Positions 1 to 28,140 of a DNA stretch of 64,000 nt are shown piece after piece (positions within the stretch are counted from its first letter, which is position 1; each line of letters starts with the position of its first letter). Location of the stretch: assembly GCA_012295275.1 (NCBI GenBank), contig CM022667.1:6572001-6636000 (forward strand), read 5' to 3'. Below the pieces are notes generated by a model that was not told where the DNA came from, ran no database searches, and was given only the letters and a program-made list of their open reading frames with translations. Made by a program: the position numbers and the translations under genes. Source of the DNA: Chrysomallon squamiferum. Its lineage: Eukaryota > Animalia > Mollusca.

Positions 1-145
1 AATATACATGCACACACACTATAGAGACATAAACTATAGAAACATAAACTATAAAAACATAAACTATAGTAACATAAACTATAGAAACATAAAAACATAA
101 ACTATAAAAACATAAACTATAGAAACATAAACTATAAAAACTCGC

Positions 146-1529
<1,384 letters not shown>

Positions 1530-2038
1530 TCTCGCTGTCTCAACGTGCAAAATCTCCCAATTTCTCTCTCTGCACCGAAATTCCTCAACTTTTTTTATTT
1601 TATTATCTTTTTCTCTTTTCACCTTGTTCAGCAGTGAAAGTGGTCTACTGTGATACACGTGAAACTCCTGTTTAGTAATTACGTATTCAAATCAGCATCC
1701 ACCTCCTGTACAAACAAACACGCTTTTAATTCAACTCAGTCTTTCAAAGAAATTTCTTTTGTTCGTGTTCTGTTTGTACATAGACGTTTACCCGAGTTTG
1801 AAGAGCACTCAGTCTAAAATGATCAAATCTTTGACGACTCAGATGAGACCAGGTTGAGTGTGATAACGGAGTGCAAACTGTCGCAGTCTGCTACACTTGT
1901 TAGTCAGAGGTAGTGTGAGTATTTACACATGTAAGCCAAAAAAAAATAAAAAATACGATTGAAAAAAAGTCTTGTCAATATTCGTGTGAAAATAGGATAC
2001 AAAAGCGAGTGTATATACAGAGGTAACATCCCCACCGC

Positions 2039-2083
<45 letters not shown>

Positions 2084-3219
2084 CAGTATACAATTGAATA
2101 AGGGAATGAAAAAAAAAAAGAAAGATATAAAAATATATGAAAAACATACAGATGTAAACCAGAAAAAAATAAATATATATAAAATAAAAAAAAAAGTAAA
2201 TATAAATATATATCTTATTAACACACACAATTAAAAATCGGAACAGCCTATATGTATACTGAAGTAAATTACACAAAGAAAAATGTCACTATACAATAGA
2301 CATTAAAAAAGAAACACGATGTAAAAAAATAAAAAATAAAAATAATAATAATAATAATCAGCCTGTCAATCTACATCTGAAATTAGGGGAGGAAATCGTG
2401 ACTCTATACAGCTGTAAGCCAAACAAATCGTGTCACGTCAGTACACAAGTGAAATGTCTGTGTGAACTGAGAGCAGGCGGTGACAAGTCAATACAGGCGC
2501 AGTTTCTTATTTTAATTACAAACTCAATTCATCTTCCGTGTACCGGGCTGAAGCAAACATGTCCTGGACGTATGTAAATAACTCTAAAAATATTGTACAA
2601 AAAAGTAGTACCTGTACTTAATCAGGATGTTATGATATCAATACGCGTGGGTTGTTAGCCTTTTGTGACGTAAAATCTGATCTTGATGAGAATGCGTCAT
2701 GTTTCTGTGTCTGTTTTCTTTGCTAATAATTATGTAAATAAAAATAATTTCATTTATAAGAAGGAAAAATTAACTAGAATTCTACTAGTTTTCATTTAAG
2801 GATTTAATAAGATATCTTTAAAATATTATTCTATACTACATATCTACATATTTATGTATATAAAATTATATATGTACAATACAGTATAGTACTGTATAGA
2901 AAATATAGTACTGTATGACAAGGTTTGGTATAGTATGGTATAGCACAGAATAGTACAGTATATAGCACAGCGTACTGTAGTATAATGTGGTATGGTATAG
3001 TATAATACAGTGCAGTGCAGTAAAGTTCTCTAAACAACAACAGTTAAACATCGAATATGTGCAGTGTTAAAAAATTTGAGAAATTTCAAAAGTGTGTACT
3101 GACTAAGAATACTGATTTTCAGTCTGTTTTTGATTAGTGTAAAACAAAGTTGTCTCCCTTGAACTGCAGACTGTCGCTCAAGAAAGCAAATCGTGAATTT
3201 TTATAAATATTTCTTTTAA

Positions 3220-3405
3220 TAGGTGAAACCTCTCAGATATGTAGTTTTGTTAGGTGAAACATCTCAGATATGTAGTTTTGTTAGGTGAAACCTCTCAGAT
3301 ATGTAGTTTTGTTAGGTGAAACATCTCAGATATGTAGTTTTGTTAGGTGAAACCTCTCAGATATGTAGTTTTGTTAGGTGAAACATCTCAGATATGTAGT
3401 TTTGT
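3220..3405. repeat. 31-bp tandem repeat x6 with strictly alternating variants
   Basis: taggtgaaac[c/a]tctcagatatgtagttttgt; the c and a variants alternate, giving a 62-bp higher-order unit. Confidence 0.85.
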
Positions 3406-3666
3406 GATCTGATCAGTAATTTATAAAACACACACTTGTCTTACATACTCTACAACGAGATTGTTTCGTTTTCTGGTTTAAGCATTAGACGTTTATGTTG
3501 ACAATTTTACTATTCTTTAATTTCTTTTTATTGCTTATAATTTTAATTCTATTTTATACTCAGTATTTATTGTTGTGATTGCTGTTTTACTTATTTACTT
3601 ACTTACTTACTTGTATATGTTTGATTGTGTTCAAAGATAAAAAACAGTGACAGGAAGAGATACGGG

Positions 3667-3801
<135 letters not shown>

Positions 3802-4255
3802 ATGACTGTTGCTAAGATAAATAGGACATTGTAATATTTGGCTCTGTTTGATGATGCAGTCAGAATTCTCTGTGAGGCAAATATTCTTTCTTCTCTCTGG
3901 ATGTTCGTGCAAATGTACTTTTGCTCATCTAAACTAACAGATAATTTATATGTGATACTGAGATTTATTTCCCCAGTCAATATTACAGACGGGTGACAAG
4001 CAATGTGTTATCTACTGAGATAAATGTTTCTTCATTCAGTCTTCTTACATTCATTTATCCTTGCATTCATTCGTTCATGCTTTTATTCTTTCATTCATTA
4101 ATCTTTTAATTAATTTTGACTGTTTGTTTTTGTACCATGACAACAGAGACAATAAAAGTAAAAGAACATTTTTATTATTATTTCTAATGTATAAAAAGTC
4201 TGTTTTTAGAGAAGGTCGTGTGACTCAGCCATTACAGGTTTTTTGTGATAGTAAT

Positions 4256-4535
4256 TTACCCGTTTCGGATAAACTGTCGGATGTCGTTGCTGCTGACGTC
4301 GAGGATGAGGCTGGGCTCCCTGACCGAGCAGCGAGGTAGAGTGATGAGTCCGTGTAGCACCCACCTACCACGCTGTGAACACACCACCATCCCGCCCTCG
4401 TCATTCTGTAACAGCATCATCACCGTCGTTATCATCACCGTTATCATACCATTATTATCATTTAGTATTATTACTGTTATTATTATCATTATTATTACTA
4501 CTACTACTACCACTGCTGCTATTACTACTACTACA

Positions 4536-4570
<35 letters not shown>

Positions 4571-5060
4571 TTTCTTTACCGCATGTATAATTAACAAACT
4601 CATAATTAGATCATCATTACATCATTTATCATTAAAAAAATCATCATTATCACTACCACTACACCGCCACGTCATCAAACATTTGATTATCATCAAAATA
4701 TCGACATCTTTTATTATTATAATAACAATAACAATTTAATAATAATAATAACAACAATAACAAAAATAAGAATAACTAATAGTAATAGTAATAATAACAC
4801 ATCATCATCATGTATCATCTTCGTTATAATTAACTTGTGTTAGATAACAAACCTGACAGGGGTTGTCGTTGACGTTGAGCGGCTGAACACACGCTGTGTT
4901 TGCAGGTACGTGTGGCTGGTGTAGGTAGGTGAGAACTGAGTTACAAACCTCGGACCCCAAAAACTTGCTGTACGCAGCTCGCAGATACCTCGACCTGGAG
5001 TGCGAGTCTGAAACATTGCATAATAACAGTAATAACAATAATAACAATAATAATAATAAC

Positions 5061-5113
<53 letters not shown>

Positions 5114-5183
5114 TAATAACAATAATAATAATAATAATAATAATAACAATAATAATAATAATAATAATAATAACAATAATAAC

Positions 5184-5274
<91 letters not shown>

Positions 5275-6120
5275 GTAAATAATAGTAATAATAAACGAAA
5301 AAAAAAAAAAACGAAACTCGGAAAAAGAACAAAAGTAAAATAAACGAAAAAGACCAGCAATAAGATAACAAAAAAAAAAAAATTAACGTCCAGGCAAATA
5401 CTTGTATCTTACATAAAACGTAAATTCTACTACTTCAGTCTCATTAAGAGATACGTTTGTATATATCTCGCTTTATTTTATTTTTTATTTTTATATTTTT
5501 AATTTTTTTTTGTTGTTTTTGTTTAAATATTTTAAAATGAAATACTTCTCTGCGTTTCTGGTAACAGTCTGTGGGATGCACTGTCTTTATCAAAGTAAAC
5601 AAAATAAATTACACACGAATACAGTTTCAAGTTACTGGCGTCACTTGTGTTCAGATACGTCGCTGATACAACTCACTGTGTTGATACTCACTGTCGTATC
5701 TGCCCCATCCCGCCATCGTACACTGGTACTTGATGACGTCTTTGTTGGTGACGTCGTCGTCAGACAGACAAGCTGGCAGTGCACACGGGCTGTACTCTAT
5801 CTCTTCTCTTAGCAACAGCACAGCCACGTCATTCGCTGAAACATTCATATCATCATCATCGTCACCATCATCATAGCATAATTATTATTATTATTATTGC
5901 TGTTGTTGCTATTGTTATTTATATAACAATGAATATTAACATGAATATTATCTATATATATATACCTATCTATCTATCTCTCTATGTGTCTGTATGTCCA
6001 TCTATCTATATATCTGTCTCTCTGTCTGTCTGTCTGTCCATCAATCTATCTGTCTATCTATCTATTCATATATATATCTGTCTCTCTATCTATCTGTCTG
6101 TCTATCTATCTGTCTGTCTA

Positions 6121-6153
<33 letters not shown>

Positions 6154-6907
6154 ATGTCTATCTATGTATCTGGTTTTCTGTTACCTCGTGTCTGTCTGTG
6201 TTTTCATCTGTCCACGCTGATAATTCTCTCTGTGTGTGAACCGAACAAACTTTCCTTGTCTTTGTAGATGTTGTTCTCCCCAACCACCACCTCCATCACT
6301 GAACCAATTCTGAAAATATAATATAATAGTTACATGTCTCTGTGTTTGTAGATGTTGTTCTCCCAACCACCACCTCCATCACTGAACCAATTCTGAAAAT
6401 ATAATATAATAGTTACATGTCTCTGTGTTTGTAGATGTTGTTCTCCCCTACCACCACCTCCATCACTGAACCAATTCTTATAATATAACAGTTTGTCTCT
6501 GTGTTTGTAGATGTTGTTCTCCCCTACCACCACCTCCATCACTGAACCAATTCTGAAAATATAATATAACAGTTACATGTCTCTGTGTTTGTAGATGTTG
6601 TTCTCCCCTACCACCACCTCCATCACTGAACCAATTCTGAAATATAATATAATAGTTACATGTCTCTCTTCGTCTTCTTCACTTCCTTCTACTGATACTA
6701 CCAGCACAAACATTACTTATACTATAACTACTACTACTGTTACTGCTACTATTTATCCTGCTACTGCATCTAACACTGCTACAGCAACAACAACAACTTC
6801 TACTACTACTGTTACTGCTACTATTTGTCCTGCTACTGCATCTAACACTACTGCTACAACAACAACAACAACAACTTCTACTACTACTACTACTACTACC
6901 AATAATA

Positions 6908-6949
<42 letters not shown>

Positions 6950-7302
6950 CAGTTACTACGATTACCCACGTTTATTACTACCACTACTACTATTGGTACT
7001 ACTGCTACTACTACTATAATAATAATAATAATAATATTGTTACTACTATTACTAGTGCTACTAATACCACTACTACTACTACTAGTACCACTACTACTAC
7101 AAATACTAAAACGAATAATAATACTAGTACTAATGCTATAATTTAACGGATACGCTACCTAGCTGTATCATACAGTATTATCCTTGCTACAGCTACTAGG
7201 TTGTTACTGTTATTATTACTGTAGTATACGTAATCGCAGGAGATGCACGCTATATGTCTGTTTGATCAGTAGTAGTTGTTGCTGATAAGCCTCTGGCACA
7301 AA

Positions 7303-7337
<35 letters not shown>

Positions 7338-9221
7338 ACAAATAAATAAATAAATAAATAAACAAATAAACAAATGAATAAACAAATAAACAAAAAAATA
7401 AACAAACAAACAAACAAACAAATAAACAAATAAACAAAGCAGACAGCTCAGTGAACTACCTCCTGGCACACGCTGCCGTCGTGATGACTTTCCTCCTGCC
7501 CACAATGACGCCGCCGCACTGCCTCGACGTGGTTGACGTCCTGCTTCTCACTGACACCACCCACGGCCACTCACATGGTCGCTGAGGACGTCCGTTGAAG
7601 ATCCTGGACACAAACGTCGCAGAGAGCGCGGCGTAGCCGCAGACGTCGTTTTCTGAGAGACACAAACACGTGACAGTAATAGAAACGTGACAGTAAATAG
7701 ACACGTGACAGTAATAGACACGTGACAGTAAATAGTAAGTGACAGTAATAGACACGTGACAGTAAATAGTAAGTGACAGTAATAGCCTCGTGACAGTAAT
7801 AGACACGTGACAAAATAAACTTTTTACAGTAATAAACACGTGACAAATGAGAAGAAAATAGACACACAGTAAAGAACACAGTGGAATGACAGTAAATTTA
7901 CATAAACATTCTGAAATAAAAAACAGTATACGTGACAGTACACACTAAAACAGACCTGACAGTAAATAGACACAGTAATAGACCAACAAAGACTATGACA
8001 GTAATAGACACGTGACAGTAAAAACACACATACGTACAAACAAGATACGTACAGCAAACAAACGTAAGTTTTCTTCTTAGACACACAAAAATAAATTGTT
8101 TAGTGACATGAGACAAAAAACACAACAGAACTCGTGGAATGATTAATTTACATAAACATTCTGAAATAAAAAAGATATACGTACAGACACACGTACAAAC
8201 AGACACACATACAATTAGACACACGTACAGACAGACATACGTACAAACAGACATACGTACAAAGAGATATACGTACTAACAGATACATCTGTACAGACAG
8301 ACGGAGACAGACACGTGCAAACAGAAAGACACACACGTACAGACAGACCTACGTACAAAGACACACACGTACAAACAGACCTACGTACAAAGACCCTTAC
8401 GGACCTGTACAGACTTTGTTCGCGGCTCTCTTCAGTGCAGCGTCTCTGACTTTAGACGGGTTTCTCTGGAACACGAGGTTGTCACTGGCGATGTTCTGCA
8501 GCTCGTTGTAGTAGACGTTGTTTCCACTGGCGACAGACAGGATGATGATGCCTTCGTTTCTTGCTGTCTGCGCCTGCACGGTGGTCGCGTGCTGGTTCCA
8601 CGAACGTCCGTCTGTGACGACGACAGCAACCTTTGGCACGCCGTGTCTCGCCCCAGCAGACGTCCTGAACTTGGTGACAAGTGTCCCCAAAGCAGAGACT
8701 GTGTTAGAGCCGCTTCCCCGGTAAGTCAGAGAGTCCACGGCCCTGAGCATTCGAGTCCTGTCAGTGTAGGTGTTGAGGTTAAATATTGGTGTGGGGATGT
8801 CGCCGAATGTTAGAAGGCCGACCTGGATGTCGTTGCGGCCGACTGTCAGGCCGGTGATGACGTCCTTCACGAAGATTTTGCTCTTCTCGAAGTCGCTGCT
8901 TCCCACACTCTCCGACTCGTCGAGGACAAAGAACAAATCCAGTTGACGTCCGCAGACTGAAAGTTTTAAATATTTTATTATTTCATAAGTAAAAACATGA
9001 TTCATTGTTAAACACTACAGTTATAAAATAATTGATATCATGATCATGATGTTTCATTTTCGCAAAACATCTAAAGTAATCTCAGAAACACTCACACACC
9101 AAAACAGCCACATACAGAACAACATACAATGTACATCACAAACTGATTATAACTTACACTGCTCGCCTTTCGTTGTAAGCAAAAACACCAACCACAACGT
9201 CACCAGCGCCTTTCTGAACAT
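4256..9221 (-). CDS. Gene B: signal peptide + VWA + non-catalytic trypsin-like domain; in-frame TGA in exon 4 (pseudogene or assembly error)
   Basis: Exons 9158-9221 (MFRKALVTLWLVFLLTTKGEQ), 8405-8956 (VWA: LFFVLDESES...VVVTDGRS), 7460-7652 (SR|IFNG..CEWPW..TTAAC), 6185-6309 (VVVGENNIYK; TGA at 6204-6206), 5692-5835 (NDVAVL..CTMAGWG), 4853-5007 and 4256-4405 (NDEGG in place of GDSGG). Confidence 0.8.
6260..6665. repeat. About 80-85-bp tandem repeat of the gene B exon-4 acceptor and exon start
   Basis: Five copies of tgtagatgttgttctcc...catcactgaaccaattc; only the 3'-most copy (minus-strand sense) continues into the exon. Confidence 0.9.
8405..8956 (-). CDS. Single-exon von Willebrand factor A domain of gene B
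   Basis: DxSxS (DESES), NT and TDG MIDAS elements; Cys at both ends; phase 1-1 exon. Confidence 0.9.
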
Positions 9222-9318
9222 GTTTGTGAGATACTCAGTTCTCAGTGTGAGTGAGTGAAAAAAAATAACTTACTAATCAGAGCAAGCTGTTGTGAAGTAC
9301 GTGTCTGATAGTGTGTTC

Positions 9319-9326
9319 TTTTTATA
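9319..9326 (-). promoter_or_regulatory. Putative TATA box of gene B
   Basis: TATAAAAA on the minus strand about 100 bp upstream of the ATG at 9221. Confidence 0.5.
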
Positions 9327-9766
9327 CCCGCAGATGTCACGTGACTTACCAGACAGAACTCAATTAGGTGAACAAACCCGACTAATTGTACCTTTTCATC
9401 ACTCAATTCTTCATTAATTCTTCATGTCTGCTTGCCAGCTCGCAGATGTGAACAAAAAATCAACATGGTGGCAGAATCGTCATTTACACAGCTACCAGGA
9501 AGCACGCGGGGACACAACTCACACAACTCACACATACTTCTCCTCATTGGTCAGGCGGAGCAAAGTCCTTCATTAATTCTTTCGTTCCAGTTCTGTCTGC
9601 GGTGGGTTTTTAAAGTAACCAGGATGTTGACTAAGCTGAAAAATGTGCCTAAATGCACCCCCACCCACCCTAGCCCCCTTAACCTGACACCGCGAGGCGA
9701 GGCTCGTTAAAATTAATTGAAGATGTCAGACAGCTGCAAATCCCAGCGTCGTGATTCAGTGTGGAC

Positions 9767-10213
<447 letters not shown>

Positions 10214-10501
10214 GGAGGATGTTATTCTAAACTGTAAAAGAGATAAAAAAAAAAAGAAATGTATCCCAAAGAGACGGTTACACAAAAATATTACGTCCTA
10301 GACAAAGAAAAGAAAACTTAAATCAGTTGAAAAGAAGAGTCAGAAAGAAATGTGTATTAATCAATGTATTAACAAACAGTTTATACAGGATTACATTACA
10401 ACTGAGGTAACAGTTAACTCGTCTGATTTTTCCTTTACTTTACTCCGGACGTCACGATTTCATATTTCATTTATATAGGCCAACACAATTTAATTAATCG
10501 T

Positions 10502-15137
<4,636 letters not shown>

Positions 15138-17548
15138 CACCGGGTTTCAGGTCGTCGTCACTGACGATGTGTTAATGACTGCGTCATTGTTGTGCGGCGC
15201 TTTTAAACGAGTTTTCTAATAAACTGCACAAACAGACGACACTCGGCGACTCTGGTACGAAGTCGTCGCACAAACAAACAACTTCTTCGAAAATGTTTAC
15301 AGTCGTAAAGAAAATGTTTCGTTCAAACAAAATTAACCCCTAACGCGGCCCCTTTGTCACCACGCAGGCCTCACTCGAGTTTAGTTTACAGGTGTAACCC
15401 TGCTTTCATTTGACCTAACTTTTCACTGCTCGTACGAAAAGTCAAGAAGGGTGTTTGAGGACTGAGTCTGCAGGGCGTTATGCAACACGTGCCCACTTGA
15501 CTCCAATCTACAAACATTTCACCCAGAATTTTACATTTTAATAAACACTCGTCATACATCCAGCACTGTTACACTGTTACACTGTTACACTGTTACACTC
15601 TCCTCGGTGTCTCCTTTCACTTTATTTTCATTGTGTGTTAATAACGATCACGGCAGTAACAGTGATATTTGCAGTGATATTCATAATAACAGTACACGAC
15701 TAATAGCAACACTTACTCCAGTGTTAGTGTTGTAGTAGTTTTGTCATTGTAGTGGTGGTGATAGTAGTGACTGTGATGTTTGTAGAGACAGAAGTAAACG
15801 AAGTGGTAGTAGTTGTAGCAGTTACAGTGGTAGTAGACAGTTTAGTAAAGTAACACATTTTTAAGCGGTATGAGAGTAATCAGAAAAAAATATATTTTAA
15901 AATTCAATAATTTCTATATTAGTTAAGCGATTATCTCTGTATTTCGAAATAAATAAATAAATAAATAAATAAATATATAAGATAACCTAATTTAGAACTC
16001 TGTAGGAAACAGGTTAGCATATATCAAATAATTACCTACTTGTTACAGTTGAGATCAGTTGTTTTAAATTCGCCATTTTTATTTTTTTTTTTTTTTTGTT
16101 GTTCACATTATTTTTTCTTCTAATTTTTTGTTTGTCCTTGTTCGATCTGGGTTTTTCTTTCTATTTTTTTTAATTTTTTTCAGAGGAGTTTGTTTACGAT
16201 CTATTTTCGGGGGATTGGTTTTTCTCTGTCTTGTTTATTTGTTCTTTTACTGGTTGGTGAAATTCATACTAAAATATCTCTAAACTTTATACTGTAATCT
16301 ACATTTCATTATACATACATATATATATATATATAGATATAGATATATATATATGTATATATATACAACAAGCTGACAGTAATAACAGCAGCGACAGATA
16401 CATGGTATTTGTTAGTTATTCGATTTAATCAGTACTCAGATTAAGTGTTTTCTTGTCTAGTTTCTCAAAAATACAACAAACTATGATAATGTTTCTTTTC
16501 CAAAATATCATCTTTTAAAGACAGATATAACCCCAGCAATAATCCTGTGAAATTTCTCTTCGCCATTGAGTTTCATTTTATCTAATTCTTTACTACCGTT
16601 ATAGGCGATTAAGTAGAATAATTACTTTAGTTTTAAGTTATCTTCTATTTCTAATATTTTCTATACAGATATTTCTAATGTGTGTTCACAGTGAGTTTGT
16701 TAGATTTCTCCACTCGAGTAACAGCTGTTTTTTCAGAACACAGTCAGATATAAATAACTTCATTACGTCAGTCTCAACTCGCTTCTGTTAATTATAAAAT
16801 ACATCATCGTAGTAGTTGTTTAACGTTGTTGTTGTTGTTGTTTTGTTTTTTGTTGTTGTTTTTTGTTAATGTTGTTGTTTGTTGTTTTTGTTGGGGTCTT
16901 TTTGTTTTGTTTTGTGTAGTTTGTTATTATCATTATTTTTATTTGTTTCATTTATTTCTTTTCTTTTATTTATTTATTTTTTATTTTTATTTTATTTTAT
17001 TTTATTTTTATTATTATTATTTTATTTTTTATTTTTTATTTTTTTGTAGAATGATCATATTATGTTGCCTCATCTAAATCATCTGCTCTTATTAAAACAA
17101 CTTTGCTGTTAACTGAGCAATTTTCTTTCTCGTCACTGTGTTTCTAAACCACGTATAAAAGAAACCAAACGTAAAGAAAAACGTGAACACTTCTTCAAAC
17201 CAAACATTTCCTTCTTCACTTTCTCTCAGCTAGCTGTGTTGTTTATCTTCCTGTTCAGATTATTTAAAACTGCCGCACAAAATAAATTCTTGAGCTGTCT
17301 GTTGCTATCAAAACGAGGTTTGACAACAAGTTTTGTTACACGTACTAAAATTAATTTAAAAATTAATTAATTTTGTTCTTGACATCAATTACACCGGGAG
17401 TTAATTTTAAAATTTTAAATTTAACTTTAACCACTAGGTGTAGAAAGCAAGAAAGAAAATACAGTCTTACTAATTTATTGGGTTCTTTTTGTTGTTGTTG
17501 TTTTTGTTATTTTTTTTTTTTTTTTTTTGTTTAAGATTATTATTATTA

Positions 17549-17616
<68 letters not shown>

Positions 17617-17780
17617 TGTTCCCGAAATAACCAAATCCACAGTGATTCAATGCATATTAATAATTATTACAGAGAGCTCATATTAGACGTGTCCGTCTCT
17701 CAGTTATATAAACATGCTGAATACACAAGAATTAGTTATACAAGAGTTAGCCAGAACACACCGTCTCCAACACACAGAGG

Positions 17781-17867
<87 letters not shown>

Positions 17868-17934
17868 ACACAAACACACACACACAGACACACACATATT
17901 AAAACAAAACCCAGTAAGAACGATGTGGAGTAGT

Positions 17935-24638
<6,704 letters not shown>

Positions 24639-27371
24639 GTTAAACAGAAACCGCGGTCAGCGAGCTATGAAAAGTTTCATGGATGACGTGAACGACGTCG
24701 CTGTAAGACAACGCTGCAGTGAAAATCTGAACAATAGCGAACACACGACTTTAAGAAGTTGCCGAAAACACGTGTTACAAAGTTAGGTATTAGCCAGTAA
24801 GACATCTTTTGTTCCTGGACAGGCCTTTCATGTTGACCACTTTCCTCCCCCCACACACCCCCTGGGGTCATAGTGCAGATGAGTGGCAAGTCTCAGAAAG
24901 ACAAATATGTTCTTTTCAAAGACGAGTGAAAGAAGAAGAAAAAAAACAACCTGGGTGTACTTATCAAGTCAGTTTTATTTGTGTATGGTGAGACCTGCCT
25001 CGTTCTGCAAACACGACACGTAGCTCACGTGCCGGCTTTACGTCGTCAAACAGGACGTCTTTTCAGAGCTGGAGAGCGAGATTTCGCTAGGTCGACTGAC
25101 TGCGGAGTTAAAACGCTAACTCGAGTGACGGCGGAGCGTTACAGCGTCAGTCAACAAAACGCAAATTAGCCTCAGCGAGTCGAGAAATGAGATTTTCTAA
25201 ACCGAGAAACCGAAAATAATTAAAAGTGTCTTAGAAGAAGAGAAACAGAGGTGGAATGTCCAGATACAAAAACAGTCTTAGAATACCTTCGTGAAACAAA
25301 CTGTCAAAACGTTTTTGAAAAGTTCTGATCATTTAGAAACTGTTCACAAACCGATGACTGAAGTTGTTGTTGTTTCTTGTACAGTTCTCTAAACGAAGTG
25401 ACGTCACGAGAAAGCAAAATGGAAGTTTAATTTGTATTTAATATTGGTTTACTTTCCTGCAGTGTTGATGTTCGATAATTATTATACTTTTAACTATTAC
25501 TGCCCAATCAAAACACTTTCCATTTATCACGTGACAAGTTGCAATAGTTCAAGGAGGTTGATGTTCATGTGCTGAAAACGAGTTTAAAATCAAAATATAT
25601 ATTTTTTAAACTATATGTTCCCAAACTAGAAAATTAACTTCAGTTATGAATTATTATTAGTAGTAGTAGTGGTGGTGGTGGTGGTGGTGGTGTCGCTGTT
25701 AGCATGTGGATAGAGAGGTAGGCAGATAAACATGTAGACTGATATTCTGAAATGTAGACAGAGAGAAAAGAGGCAAACAAACATGGCTAAATTAACTAAT
25801 GTTTAGTTTTGTTTGTATCTGACTAAAACTCAGACTGATGTGTGTGGGCAGAAAAGATGTTTAAACTGATCTTCCTGCTTCCTTCTCTTTTCATCTAACT
25901 TTCTTTTTTTTACGTCGTGAAAAGACATCTTTGTGTTTACTTGAGTTAAACCACGATTTGAATTCAGTTACTCATCTCTGTAAAATGTAGATTTGTGTGC
26001 ACGCATTTCTTACATTCACACATACCACTGCTCTTATTGTCTCATTTCTAAGTTTAGCTGAACTAAGACTAATGAACGATGAGTTATTTTTTTAATTAGT
26101 ACTTGAGAAGTGATGAAATCTTACTGTTCTACACGCAATGTTACTTAGTTCACTGTTCAGTCAGCTTGGAGAGATAGTAATTGTTCAAATAAAACTTATT
26201 GTCAGTGACAAACTTAGTGACGTTAGTGTTTGTAGTAAATAATCACGTGTTTTTATAGTCCTGTCTGTTGTGACTAAATACAAAACACGTTTGTACTGAC
26301 TGACTATGAAAATGTTTGTATCAAAGTTTGTTTGTTATCTTTGTATACGCCTCGCGCTTTGTTTCAACCTGTCTTGTTTGTTTGTTGTCGTTTTTGTATT
26401 TGTTTGCAATTATTATTATTATTTTTGTTACTGTTGTTGTTGTTGTTGTTGCTGCTGATGCTGTTGTTAAATTCACAAATATAAAGACTTTGTTCTCTTT
26501 TTTCTTTCATTTTCTTTTATTTATTTATTTTATTTTGCTTTGTTTATTTATTAATGTTTTGTTGTTGTTGTTGTTGTTGTTGTTGTTTGTGGGGTCTTTT
26601 TTGTAAGCTTCAAAATGGAAACATCATACGGTAAATCATAAAACTGTGCTCTTCGTATCAAAAATGAATAATAATAATAATAATAATAAATAAATATGTA
26701 TAAAATAAAAACTTTAAAAAAAGAAAAGAAAATAGAACAAAACGAAGAAGAACACGAGTTTAAGATTTCTGACAGTTTGCCGCTGTTTGAAGGTCATGTT
26801 ACAAGGTCAAGTTTCGTTAACTTCTGTTACGTCCAATTTGACAAGAGGCAGAGACGGAATTCTCAGAGTGCGACTTCGGCTGATGTCGTTAATACCAACT
26901 AAACACAGAGTCAACACAGAAGTCGACCTTTTGCCGCCAGGGGTCAGCACTGGGCGGGTTTCACAGACTGGAGCGAGTCTGAGACCGGTACCCAGCTTCG
27001 TTACGCTGTCATTAAACAAGCGTGAGCCGCGTTCAGCGGAGTTCGCGTGATGCACGTGAAACTCACAGAGTCAAACTTTACTTTAGCTTATTAATTTACA
27101 TCCTACGTACAAATACCTGGACAGAACACAAAAGTAGATGTAGAGTTTCGGTTATGACAGAAAAGAGAGAGAGATAAAAAAATCTGCGTCGTTTTACTAA
27201 ATCGAGTTTCCTGTGTTATTCTTTCTTAAATTCCGCCTCAGTTTTGTGTGTGTCTGTTGGGATTAGCGAAATTTTTGTACAAATTGCTAGACTCGCAAAG
27301 AATGTGCCGTGTTTAGTCAAACCTCTTTGAAATGTCAAATAGTTCTAACAGGATGAGTCTTTTTTGATATA

Positions 27372-27431
<60 letters not shown>

Positions 27432-27639
27432 TTTATCAGCAGCATCTTCATTATTATTATTATTATTTATTATTATTATTATTAATTACATATAATTATT
27501 TCGTCACAACAACGCAGATAATATAAAACAACAATATTCATTTATTTATTTATTTATTAAATTACAGAAGAAATTAAATATATATTACATAAATCATTTT
27601 ACACAGGGTGTTTCTGTGTATGTTACTTTCACAGCTTTG

Positions 27640-28097
27640 TTACGGTGCTCTAGATAACGAGGCTGAAATAAAAGAAAGGAGAAAGTTAAAACATTCCAAT
27701 TAGTAAACATTGCTTTGAAAATACATAAATAAAATTTATTTATTTGATCTGCATCAGACTTTAATTACCGTTTAAAATCTTCCCTTTCTATCTTTATCAC
27801 TCAAGCGTTAACTTTGTATACAGAGATGTAAGTATATGACTGTGTGTCTGTGTGTCTGTGTGTGTGTGTGTCTGTGTGTGTGTGTGTGTCTGCATGGGGG
27901 GTGTTTCACGTCATGGTATCATTCAAGGTATATGACATTATGTTTCATTAAAGAGATATGATGTCACATGTCATTCAAGTGACGTCACGTTATGGTATAA
28001 TTTTATTATACGTACAACGTATTATGCATGCAGCGTCACGTAGTAGATCCTGAAACTAGTGTCACGTCTTAGTTTCATTCACGTGATCTTTTAGCAT

Positions 28098-28140
<43 letters not shown>

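Noticed and set aside
6204-6206. TGA as selenocysteine
   Set aside because: The position is not a Cys in paralogs, neighbouring conserved residues are missing, and no SECIS element is evident.
6595-7146. Thr/Asn-rich 183-aa ORF resembling a mucin
   Set aside because: Plus-strand trinucleotide repeats inside a gene B intron, opposite to the gene.
26787-27055. GC-richer stretch with 82-87 aa ORFs between genes D and E
   Set aside because: No recognisable motif or convincing splice-site pair; could be regulatory or a TE fragment but unsupported.
25395-27995. TGACGTCA (CRE-like) palindromes near 25400 and 27980
   Set aside because: The same octamer also occurs within coding exons here; no positional conservation among the promoters.
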